A stretch of 64,000 nucleotides of DNA. It comes from Eledone cirrhosa. Its lineage: Eukaryota. The notes below the pieces were generated by a model. The model saw only the letters and a list, made by a program, of their open reading frames with translations. It ran no database searches and was not told the DNA's origin. Position numbers and translations under genes: made by a program. Where the stretch lies: contig OZ024743.1 in the NCBI GenBank assembly GCA_964016885.1, positions 263,810,001-263,874,000 of the forward strand. The letters run 5' to 3'. Every line of letters starts with the position of its first letter. Position 1 is the first letter of the stretch. Positions 13,761-25,400 of this stretch are shown here, piece by piece.

Positions 13761-14630
13761 GTTATCCATATTCTACAATCTAAAATTGTGGCTTTATGCT
13801 TACGTTAAATATCATCAATCCTTTTAACATACTTCATGTTGCGGATCAATTGAGCATTCAACACAATTACTTTCATTATATTCTGAATTCAAATTCCCCC
13901 AACGTTGACTTTGAATTTCCGCTTCCGTGGTCAATGAAATAAGTATCCACCTCTTCCTGCAGTCAAATGGACTAAATTCTGTCTTTTTGCTTATGCCAGA
14001 AACCAAAACAATTACTAACGTTATCATAGTCATAGTAACAGATTTGGCAGTTACTTAAGTGTGTTTTCGTTTGGATTATATGAGGATATCACAACTGAGA
14101 GGTGTGAAGTATATCGATAAAATAGCAATATGATATAAAACAGCAGGATATAGGATATTGGGACACAGATCGATAGTATTTATTGCGATAGTCTGCCACA
14201 AGCGTCGAGTCTGACATGTATAGTACAACATATTATGATTGGGGTGGGATAAGGGAAGTCAACCGAGTCACTTATAGGAAATGATCTTATCGATCCGGTG
14301 TTAACATCGAAACCAATGTAATTTGAACTCACATATATAAGGCATCAACGTAATGATAGATATGGAGAAGTATTGAGACTGAATTTGTATATCCTGCAAC
14401 ATTTCAACAGATTCTACATATCTGTCATTTATTAGATATCTCACAATATTTCATATTGACTATACTAATATACATACAAACACACACACACACACACATA
14501 TCTATCTATCTATCTATATATATATATATATATAAATGAAGTAATTCCGTAGGAAATGTCCAGGAAAAAAGAGTGTTCTATGTAAATTACAGAGCTTATT
14601 AGTTATGTAATAAACAATATAAGATAATTA

Positions 14631-14690
14631 TTTCATTTACCAGTGGTTTCTTGAAGGCAACCAAGATTGCTTTCATTCATCAGAATGAAA
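14631..14690 (-). ncRNA. Type I hammerhead ribozyme (canonical core)
   Basis: TTTCATT-CTGATGA-A-TGAAAGCAA tcttgg TTGCCTTCA-A-GAAA-CCA c TGG-TA-AATGAAA has a 7-bp helix I, a helix II, a short palindromic helix III and a GUA site. Confidence 0.85.
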
Positions 14691-14804
14691 AAATTCTGGT
14701 GTCTTTATTGACAGTGGATATGAAAAACAAAAATATAACAGATATGAAAGTGAAGCTGGAGGAAAAAAAGGGGGGGGGGAAATAATAAATACGAATATAT
14801 AACA

Positions 14805-14836
<32 letters not shown>

Positions 14837-14912
14837 ATATACATACATATATACACGCATATATACACATATATATACACAGATACACATATACATACAC
14901 ATATACATATAT

Positions 14913-15533
14913 GAATGTATATATAATGTATTTTGCAATACACTGTATGCTTAACTAAAAAGCATTTCGAAGACCTTACGCTATTGTTTTAGAGTAGTGA
15001 CAGTCTCACTTACTTTAAATTTTCAGCAAAAAGGGGGAGATAAAGCTGATAGAGCTCTGTTTCGTACTTATTGGTACGTTTCAAAGCTAAGTACTCCACC
15101 TGTTTGCTGAAAATCATGTATGTTTAATTCTTATAGAATTCTAGTAATAATCAGGAACTGATTACACAGAGCGGTTGCCGGTCAAGCAGAAATTGAAAAT
15201 TAGAATTGGTGCACTGAAATAGCTATATATATATGAATGTATATATAGTGTATTTTGCAATACACTGTATGCTTAATTAAAAGCATTTCGAAGACCTTAC
15301 GCTATTGTTTTAGAGTAGTGACAGACTCACTTACTTTAAATTTTCGGCCAACAGGGGAAATAAAGCGGACAGGTGGAGTACTAAGCTTTGATAAGCACCA
15401 ATAAGTACGAAACAGAGCTCTGTAAGTTTTATCTTCCTTGTTTGCTGAAAATTTAAAGTAAGTGAGACTGTCACTATATATACATTCATATATATATCGC
15501 TATTTCAGAGCACCAATTCTAATATATATATAT
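14913..15533 (-). mobile_element. HHR-bearing mini-element: 322-bp unit, partial second unit and nested fold-back
   Basis: 14913 repeats at 15235. 15366-15477 is the reverse complement of ~14996-15105. An outer inverted pair lies at 15199-15247 and 15476-15533. Confidence 0.8.
15383..15429 (+). ncRNA. Type I hammerhead ribozyme with U3-A8 core
   Basis: AAGCT-TTGATAA-GCAC caataa GTAC-GAAA-CAGAG CTCTG-TA-AGTTT. The mirror copy at 15043-15088 (-) has a perfect GTAC/GTAC helix II and core TTGAAAC. Confidence 0.8.
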
Positions 15534-15561
15534 ATATATATATCCATACATAAACACACCA

Positions 15562-15690
<129 letters not shown>

Positions 15691-15750
15691 CATATATATA
15701 TACATATATGTATATATATATGTGTATATATATATAAATATATATATATA

Positions 15751-16330
15751 TTTAGAAACACACAGATACATGCGGACACACACATATATACATGAATGCA
15801 TCCGCACCCAACTGTGAGTTAAGGGTGCCAACTTCACCGATGTTGCTCAATGAATGACTGGGACAGACCAATTCAGTTTGAACCAGACTGAACCAGTATC
15901 AGAGTTAAAAATACATTATGAAGAGAGAAGAAACATTTAGATATAATTAGTAATAAAATGTATCATACATAAACTGTTCCTAAATTCCTCGACTACGTAG
16001 TTTCGTGGCATAAACAAAAACAATATATCAAAGATATAGAGTCCTTGCGAGGTCTGCCGACTTATCAAGAGGATACCTCATTTTACTAGTCTCAAGAACG
16101 CCTCTACACGACGTGAGAAAGAATCCCAAAAGGCGGAGGGGGAGATAGTCACGCGATATAACGGTCGAGAAACTGAGCTAAGCCTCTTATAACCACGAAG
16201 AAAATACCACGGAGGCGGAGGGGGTATTCATATCGAGGCCGCGAAACTACGTAGTCGAGGAATTTAGGAACAGTTTAGGTATGATACATTTTATTACTAA
16301 TTATATCTAAATGTTTCTTCTCTCTTCATA

Positions 16331-16334
<4 letters not shown>
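15751..16334 (-). mobile_element. Circularly permuted copy of the 591-bp HHR element with terminal inversion
   Basis: It starts mid-monomer, crosses the monomer junction near 15915 and runs to 16240. 16241-16334 is the reverse complement of ~15912-16006. HHR at 15986-16073 (-). (TA)n on both sides. Confidence 0.9.
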
Positions 16335-16381
<47 letters not shown>

Positions 16382-16907
16382 CACATACAGATATATACAT
16401 ACATACACACACACATACACACACACATATATACATACATGCATACGTACTCACATATAAAAGGATACATATGCACACACACAAATAAGGATAAATAATC
16501 ATAGTAGGCCGTCACACAAATAAGCAAATAAAAAATAAGGATTAAGAAAATAAAAAAATATAAAAAATATTATTAAGTTGTCAGCGATACAAGACAGCAA
16601 AAATAAAAATAAAAATAAAAATAAAAATAAAAATAAAAATAATAAAAATAATAATGATTTCATTTATTGGCCACAAGGGCCGACATATAGGGGACAACAC
16701 AATAGACAGGGACAGTGGGGGTTTACATAGAGATCGAGTAAGTATAAATAACAAAAAACAAAATAACAATAAAAATACAACAATGAAAGTTCCCCAATAA
16801 GAGGGATCACCACCCAGGGTTGACTCAAGCACCCCACCAGTCCTGAGCCACCCGACGCTCCTAGGGCACCCGGGAAGGGCACCCCTCTCCTTCTCGAATT
16901 CACCAGC

Positions 16908-19900
16908 CTACAGGCGCATGATCAGAGTAGGCCCACTCACGCGGGCCATTCTCGCCACATGCACCCACCTTTCAGTAAATGTACTGGGGGGCAGCACTTC
17001 TCTCTCCACCCTCACCTTCCTTTCCAAGTGAAACTTGAAGAAGTTGATGAGGGATTGGCCGAAGAGAAAAGTGTCTGTCTTCAGTCCTTTCAACCTGGTC
17101 CACCATGCAACCTCTTTCGCTACTGCCACCAGGCAGAGAAAAATTGCCTGCCCTTCCTGATCAAAAGAAGGCGGCGGGTCAATCTTCACTATGGACTCGG
17201 ACGATAGCCGGATCCGTTCTACACGCGACAATAGCTGTTCGACATAACCCCACAAGTCAGCAATGCACGGACACTGGACGAGTGCGTGCAGAACGGTTTC
17301 GTCGTTCTGCGCGCATCTCGGGCAGGTTCGTCTGACAGCACTTCCGTGCCTGTAGAGTTTATCCCGAACCGGCAGCGCCCCCCGGTAGCACTGCCAAGCG
17401 AGGGATTTCTGGAAGTTATCCATCGTCCCCGGCTCGAAAGTCCTCCGGAACATACTGGTCAGTTCTACTTCGTTGACGCCTAGAGCCTCTCCTAGTACGT
17501 CATCGTACTTGCCCTCCACTAATCCTCTATAGAAATCTTGAGTGGAAGTTCCACTGACCGCATTGCCCACCTTGCAGAGTGCAGTGAGCGCCTGGCAACA
17601 TTCCAGATGCCAGTCGCCCAGTCTCGGTCTCTTCTTGACCCAGGACTGCAGCTCAGTCAAAGAGATGAGCTGCGGAAAGGCCCGTCTAACAAACGGCGAC
17701 CACACCTGTTCACCGTTTAGGCAAAATATCTGGAGATGTCGCAGCCTCAGCGCATGTCTGCGCATCATTAGCCACGGCATGCCCAGCCCTCCACGAAGAG
17801 GGTGCTGGCAGCAGATGGACCGCCTCACCAACGGGACCCGTCCCCTCCACAAAAATTTGAAAAGGAGCCGTTCCAAATTGGCAAGGCGTGGACGGGGGCA
17901 AGGAACGACGGTCAGGCGGTAGTAGATGACGGACGCGATGTACGCCTTCGCCACCTCCGCCCGCCCTTTCAGTGATAGCTTTCTCTCAGCCCATTTCTGG
18001 GTGAGGTTGGCTATCCTGCTCGTCACCTCGTCCCAATTCTTATCCACCTGGAGGTCTGGTCCGAACCAAACCCCGAGCAACTTTACCGGTCCGTCTGTCC
18101 AGCGCCCAACGACGCTGTTGGACGGCATGGACTTGCCTCTCCAGGTGCCGAGCTGCAAGCCCACCGACTTTTCCGGGTTAAGTTTTGCTCCCGTCAACCT
18201 TTCATATTCCTCCAAATGGGTGCGGATCACCTCGATTTCCGAGGTGTCCGACACCATCACGGTGATGTCGTCCGCATAAGCGGACGCAGCCTTTCTACGT
18301 CCCGGTTCGAGCGGGATGCCCTGCAACAACTCCAGCTTCCGCAGTAGAGGCTCAAGAGTCAATACGTACAGAAGTGAGGAGAGAGGGCACCCTTGACGGA
18401 CCGATCGAGAGATCTGAAACGGTTCCGAGAGGTGGCCATTAACTTTGACCACCGAGCAGATGCCGCTGTACATTGCAGCGATCCAGCTTCTGAAGACGGG
18501 GCCGAAGCCAGCCGCCTCGAGGACAGCCTCCAAGTACCGATGGTCGACCCTATCGAATGCTTTCGATTGATCTAAATTGATCAGAGCCCCACCGAAGCCA
18601 GGTTTGCACCCAACCCTCTCTATGATGTATCGCATGAGGTGGAGGTTGTCGTGTATGGATCTGGTCGGGATTGCGCAAGTTTGCGCCTCCCCAACCAAAT
18701 CTTTGACGACAAGCGCCAACCTTTTCGCTAACACCTTGGCCAAAATCTTAAACTCTGTGTTGAGCAGGGTTATGGGCCTGAAATTATCTAGTGTGTCCCT
18801 CTTGTTCTCGTCTTTCCTTATCAGCGTCACTACGCCACGGCTCACAGAACTGGGAATGCTCCCGTTCTGCTGCCAGTTGCAGTAGAGCGCTTCGAGGAGA
18901 TCGGAGAACAAGTCTGGCATATTTACGTAAAGCTTGTAGGGCAGACCATCCAAACCGGGTGACTTCCGACTCGAGCAGCCGACAAGGGCGTCCTGAATTT
19001 CGACTGATGTTATCGGCTCTTCGCAGCGCTCAGCGTCGGCCGTCGAGAGGCGTGGCAAGCCGTCGAGGTAGGGACTGAAGTCCGCCGCCGTCTCCGACTC
19101 ACCCATCCTCCCGAACAATCGAGCAAAGTGCTGGCGAAAGGCCTCACACATCTGCTTGGAATCGCTCAGTTCGTGTCCATCTCGATCCGTCAAAGAGCGA
19201 ATTGTGGTTTTATTTCCACGCTGCGTCTCCGCAAAGCGAGCCCATCGGGCAGCTTTGGTTCCCTCGTTCCTCAGAGCACGCGCCTTAGCTCTGACAATGC
19301 AACCTTCGTGTTTCGCATTGAAGAAATTGTCTAGTGCCATTCTCGCCGCTAGCACGTCTGTTGCAATGCCACTACAAATAGCCTCGTCTAACTTAGCTAT
19401 CAGCCCCTCCTCCTTTCTATTTTTCTCTATTGCTACTTCTTTGCTAAATCCTATCGAGGTTGCTCTAATCTCTCTTTTGAGAGCCCCCCACCACCTGTTG
19501 TTGACAACCTCCCTGTCAACTTTTGCTTAACTAAGTTGTTGACCCGGTCCCTGTAAGCTTTACGTGCCGGAAACGACATGTTTAGCTTCCAGTAGCTAGG
19601 TCCTAACCTACGTGTCTTATCTAGGTCGACCATACAGATCACAAGCTTGTGATCTGAATAGGCAACCGTTTTAAAATGTGGACATCCTACACTATTTCTA
19701 TCTCTTTTCCTAATGAAAATCCTATCTATGTACGATCTAGATGACCCTATGCGATTGGTCCAGCTGCATACTGGCGCATTAGGGAAATCTAGTCGGTACC
19801 TGTCAGACAGTTGAAACTGGCTGATCAGGTACTTGAGGCTTTTGCACCCCCCGCTCCTATCAGATACTCCCACACAATCCCAGCGTGCTTCTAAGATGCC

Positions 19901-20326
19901 ATTCCAATCCCCTATTAACAGTAAAGGGCGAGACGTAAGCAGAAAGTTTTCCAGGCGCCTAAAGAAGTCCGGCCGACCGGCCCCAGTAGGGGCGTAGACG
20001 GCCACCAGTCTAAAGGCACCACCTTCGCTATTGCTCACGTCCAGGACCACCAACTTTCCGTCAGGATCCCGGAAGATTGACCTTACCTCGAGATCCAGAC
20101 ATTTCCTAAACAGCACAGCCACTCCACCTCCCATTCCCGGCCGACTAACAGATGCAAAGATCTGATAATCGTCGAAAATCGGCGCCAGTGCGCGTGTCTC
20201 GGAAATTCTGGTCTCGCTGATGGCAATTACATCCATTCCTAGTGACCTGAGGTCGTTGAGCAAGTGACCTTGCTTCCAGGGCGACCCCAGGCCACGAACA
20301 TTTAAACTTCCTACTCTTATGGCCAT
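16908..20326 (-). CDS. Tx1 A ORF2: APE endonuclease + reverse transcriptase + Cys-rich C-terminus, one frameshift near 19510
   Basis: SLNVRGL, ISET, VYAP, GDWN, IDRIF, SDH (APE); KSPGLDG, NFRPITLLN, LDQSKAFDRV, VRQGCPLS, YADD (RT); CPRC..ETVLHALVQC. Confidence 0.92.
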
Positions 20327-20355
20327 GCTGGCAGGATGAATGGGAGAGGAAAGGT

Positions 20356-22268
20356 TTACTTACCTTCCGGGGTCTTGTGAAGGTCGGGTGGTTCGACCTC
20401 CATGGTTTGTGGGGTTTCTTTTGGGAACCCCTTTAATAGTCTTGAAGTGGGTTTTACGTTCGGGGTTCCCACATCCCGAGGAAAGCTCTTTCGAATTTCT
20501 TTGTATGAAGCGAGCGACATTCGCATCAGAAGCAAATTATCTGGTACGCGAAATGTGCTCGCTTCAAATGTTTCCCCCTCTTTTTCGATGTTTGTGCTTC
20601 GTGCTACATGGGCCATCAATTCCTTGTTGGCCCTTCTGGCAAGCACGAAGTTTTTAATGTTTTGTTGCTCGGGTTTTATTTGTTCGTGTGATTGTGGTGG
20701 TGATAGCTTTGTTAGTGTTGTTTCTATTGTGTCTGCGTTTGTTGTGGGTGGGGTGTCTGTAGTTTCTGATGTTTGTGTGTCTATTTGTTCTTTTGTCTAT
20801 TTAGCTTGTTTGCGTTTGGGGGATTTTGGTGGTTGTGTTGGTGATGCTGTGGGGAAAATGTTTGTGTGGGTGGTGTGTGTATTTTTTTTTGTGGGGGTGT
20901 TTGTGCTTTGTGGATTTCTTTTTTTTTTTGTGTTTTGTTTTTTGTATTTTGGGGGACTTTGGTTTTCCCTCATCTTCACTGCTGGAGGATGAGGGGTCTG
21001 TGGCTGTGAGCGTGTTTGTGTCTGAGTGAGTGTTTATGTTCTTGTTCGTGTGTGTATTTTTTGGGGGGGGGAGGGGGAATGGGAGAGCTTTCCTCGTTTC
21101 CCCTCTGGGTGTGCAATTTTGGTGGTTCCATTGTTGACGGTGTTGCTGGTGGTCCTTGTCCCGGCGTCTCCAGCAGTGGAATCTTTCGACCCCTTGCGCT
21201 TTTCGGCAGTTGAGGGCAGAAGGCTCGTAAGTGTGTCGTTTCCCCACAAAGGAAACAATGCGGCCTTTTGCCCTCAGTCATTATATGCAACACCCTCCAG
21301 TTTTGGAGGCGGATGTGGTCCGGGATTGCTTTTACGTTTTCGGGTCTGATTTGGAGCAGTATCTCCAGATCAACCCCGGACCAGTCGTCCCTGGCAGTTC
21401 TCGTTGCCTCTACCGGGACTGTATCCGTTCCTTCCACGATTACGCAACCCAGGAGCCACCACATATCAAGTCCTGGTGGAATCCTGGGAATGCGCACACG
21501 TGCTATTCGTTTTCTCATGTGGGAGGGGTACATTATGACTTTGCTGGTTTTGCAAGGGGTCATTGAATGCTTCACAGCGAGGGCTTCAGACTTGAACAGC
21601 ACCGAAACGGTGCCGTATTGCCTGCCCCTCTCTATGAAGTCTGTGTCCTCTCTGATGTATTTCAGTGCGGCTTCTATATCAGCTTGGGCGATTATCGCTG
21701 CCCTCTTTGTCTCTACTGAGATGCATCTGAAATGCACCGTTCTTTTTTCCACTGCCTCAATGGCTTCTGCCGGGACAGTTAAGTTTGCCCAGGTCTGCTC
21801 TTGATTTATGATTTTCCAGGCCTGGGCCAACTTTTCCTCTCTGTTGGTTAAGTCGATGCTGTAGCATGGTCTCCTTTTAGCCGCTGCCACAGCAGCGAAG
21901 GTGTTCTTGTTGGTGTTGTAACTGTTGTTGTTCTTGTTGGTGTTGCTGCTGCTATTGCTGTTGTTGTTCTCCCCTGTGTCGTGGTTACCCTCTGTGCTGT
22001 TGGCCTTGTTGGTGCTGTTGCTGTCGCTACTATTACTCTCTGTGCTGTTCGTTTTGTTGGTGCTCTCGCTATTACCACCTTCTGCGCTGTTCGGCTTGTT
22101 GGTGTTGGTGTTGTCGCTGTTACCACTCCGCGCCGCTCGGCCCGTTGGTGCTGGCACTGTCGCTGCTCACACTTGTGCTGGTGGCGCTCCTCGCCCACCT
22201 CTCCTCTCAACGCTCAAGTCGCCGTTGCACGACAGCAGACCCGCCTCTAGGGGGCGTGGCTCCGCCAT
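20356..22268 (-). CDS. Tx1 A ORF1 (gag-like, CCHC knuckle), disrupted
   Basis: ATG at 22268 is in frame with ORF 20976-22157 apart from a TGA at 22169-22167. Asn/Ser/Thr-rich N-terminus and CFLCGETTHLRAFC knuckle. The frameshifted C-terminus ends PEGK*. Confidence 0.75.
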
Positions 22269-22479
22269 GTTTTTTTGAGAAAAAAAATTATTATTTTTCC
22301 AAAATAAAGTTCAAATATTTGGGCCGAAAGGCCCAAATATTATGAGTTATTCCTTCACAGGATACAAATGAATGTCTTATAATGCTTCAGCGGTACAAAA
22401 AAATAAACAATTCTCCACAATTAATCCTCAAAAAATTGCTTACTCACGGAGCTTCAAAAAACGTACATCCACTTTCGTC

Positions 22480-25400
22480 AATAATAATAATAATAATGAT
22501 TTCTTTATTGGCCACAAGGGCTAACATCAAAAAAACATAACAGACGGCACAGGACGGTACAGGACGGTACGATGTGGGTTTTGTGCGTGGAAATATTTTT
22601 ATTATTTATATAAGAAAAGAAAAAAAAAGGACATAGAAACATATATAAACAATAAAAATGAAAATTGAAACAATGAAAAGTTCCCCAATAGGGGGGAAAC
22701 CTCCTAGGGTTACTCGTGGCGAAAACAACACTAAAGACCACGGCCACCCTGACCACCAGGGCAAGCGCCCTCTCTCAATTTTTCCAGCTTTCAAACTACA
22801 GACGTATCTTCAGAGTGGTCCCGTTCACTCGGACCATTCTCGCTACATTCACCCACCTTTCAACAAACTTGCTAGAAGGCAGCACTTGCCTCTCCACCCC
22901 GATTTTCCTCTTCAAGTGCAACTTCAAAAAGTTAATTAGGGATTCGAGGAAAGTGTCTGTCTTTAACCCTTTTAACATTGTCCACCACACAATCTCGTTC
23001 GCCATGCCCACCAGGCAGGTGAAAACCGCCTGCCCTTCCTCCTCGAAGGAAGACGGTGAGACCATCTGCACAATGGACTCAGTCGACAACCGGATCAGTC
23101 CTACACGCGACAGCAACTGTTCGACATAGCTCCACAAGTCAGCAATGCTCGGGCACTGAACGTGTGCGTACACGACGGTTTCGTCGCTCTGCGCGCATCT
23201 CGGACAGGCTCGGCTGACGGCACTTCCGTGCCTGTAGAGCTTATCTCGAACCGGCAGCGCTCCCCGGTAGCACTGCCAGACCAGGGATTTTTGGAAGTTA
23301 TCCATAGGCCCTGGGCTGAAAGTTCTCCGGAAGAGAACAGCTGATCTTCTTCGACGCCCAGAATCTCTCTGAGAATGTCGTCGCTCTTCCCCTCCACTAG
23401 TCCTCTATAGAACGCCGAGGTGGATGTTCCACCGATACTGGTGCCCAACTGGCAGAGGGCAGTGAGTGCCTGGAGACATTCCAGTTTCCAAGCGCTATCC
23501 CTCGCTCTTTTTCTGACCCAGGACTGCAGCTCCGTCAACGAGACGAGCTGAGGGAAAATTGTGCCTGGCGAACGGCGACCACACCTGTTCACCATCAAGG
23601 AAGCACCAGAGATGTCGTAGCCTCAGCGCATGTTTGCACATCATCAGCCATGGCAGGCCCAGTCGGCCACGCAACGGGTGTTGACAGCAGATGGATCGTC
23701 TGACCATGGGAGCGCGTCTCTTTCACAAAAAGCGGAAGAGGAGGCGCTCCATTTTGGTGAGAGTTGGGCTGGAACAAGGGACGACGGTGAGGCGGTAGCA
23801 GATCACGGATGCGATGTACGCATTCGCCACCTCCGCCCGGCCTTTCAGGGACAGCTTCCTTTCGGCACATTTCTGGGTGAGGGAGGCCACCCTGCTCGTC
23901 ACCTCGTTCCAGTTTTTCACCATCTGGAGGTCCGGTCCGAACCAAACCCCGAGCAATTTAACCGGTCCGTTCGTCCAAACCCCCACGACGCTGTCGGACT
24001 TCATGGACTTGCCTCTCCAGGTGCCGAGCTGCAAGCCCACCGACTTTTCCTGGTTTATCTTTGCTCCTTCACCGCTTCGTATTCCTTGAGAGCGGTGCCG
24101 AGCATCTGGACGTGTCTGGTGCTTGACACCACCACGGTGACGTCGTCAGCGTAAGCCGACTCGGATTTCCCGTATCCTAGATCGCGTTGGACGCCCCTCA
24201 TCGCCCCCAGTTTGTGCAGTAACGGCTCGAGAGCCAATACGTACAAGAGGGGCGAGAGGAGACAACCCTGGCGGACTGAGCGCATGATGCTGAACGGCTG
24301 CGACAGGTGACCGTTCACCTTCACAACTGAGCAGATGTCGCTGTACATTATTGCGATCCAACCCCTGAAAACGGGCCCGAAATCGGCTGCCTCGAGGACC
24401 GCCGCCAGGTACCGATGGTCGACCCTATTGAATGCTTTGGATTGGTCCAAGTTGATCAGGGCCCCACCCGTGCCAGGTTCCTTAACCACCCTCTCTATGA
24501 TGTATCGCATGAGGTGGAGGTTGTCGTGTATGGATCTGTCCGGAATGGCGCATGTATGCCCCTCTCCCACCAGACACTTGACGACAAGCGCCAACCTCGT
24601 TGCTATCACCTTGGCCAAAATCTTGAACTCTCCGTTTAGCAGGGTTATGGGCCTGAAATTATCGATAACATCCCCCTTGTTAGGGTCTTTTCTCAGCAGC
24701 GCCACTGCTCCTCGGCTCACAAAACTTGGAATGCTCCCGTTCTGCTGCCAGTTGCAGTAGACGTCTGCCAAGAGGTCACCGAACAAGTCTGGCATAAATG
24801 CATAAAGCTCGTAGGGGAGACCAAACCTGGCGATTTACCCCTTGTGCAGTTAGCCATCGCTTCCCGTATTTCACCGGCTGTTATTGGCTTTTCGCAACAC
24901 TGTGCTGCGGTCGTCAAGAGCCGAGGCAGTCCGTCGAGGTATGCACTGAAGTCCATGCCCCGATCCGGGCCGCCGCCACTCCCGAACAGTTCAGCAAAGT
25001 GCTGCTGAAAAGCTTCACACATCCACTCGGGTTCGAGCATCATGCACCCGTTTTGGTCAGATAAAGACCGAATTGTGGCTTTGTTGCCACGTCGCGCCTC
25101 TGCCACACGGGCCCATTGGACGGCTTTTGTCACCTCGTGTTTCAGAGCACGCGCTCTAGCTCTGACAACGCAGCCTTCGTGTTTTGCGTTGAAGAATTGG
25201 TCGAGTGCCAATCTCGTCGCAAGCACGTCGGTTGCGATGCCTGTCCTAAACGCCTCTTCTAGCTTTCTGACTAGCTCTCCCTCTACTCTATTTTCCTCTA
25301 TCACTATTCCTTTGCTAAACCTAATCGACTCTACTTTAATTGCCCTTTTCAGGGCGAACCAACACCTGTTGTTGACGACCGCTCCCGTCAACGCCCGGTT

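Larger units (their letters stand above)
16600..22479 (-). mobile_element. Tx1-type LINE A, apparently full length with few lesions
   Basis: 5'UTR, ORF1, APE-RT ORF2, and a 3'UTR ending ccttgtggccAATAAA plus an (ATT)/(ATTTTT) tail. Confidence 0.9.

Noticed and set aside
22167-22169. In-frame TGA in Tx1 ORF1 as selenocysteine or readthrough
   Set aside because: A single CGA-to-TGA decay in a copy with other lesions is simpler, and no SECIS was seen.
16581-22405. tcagcgatacaa / tcagcggtacaa as a target-site duplication for Tx1 A
   Set aside because: The match is short and imperfect and does not sit exactly at both element boundaries.
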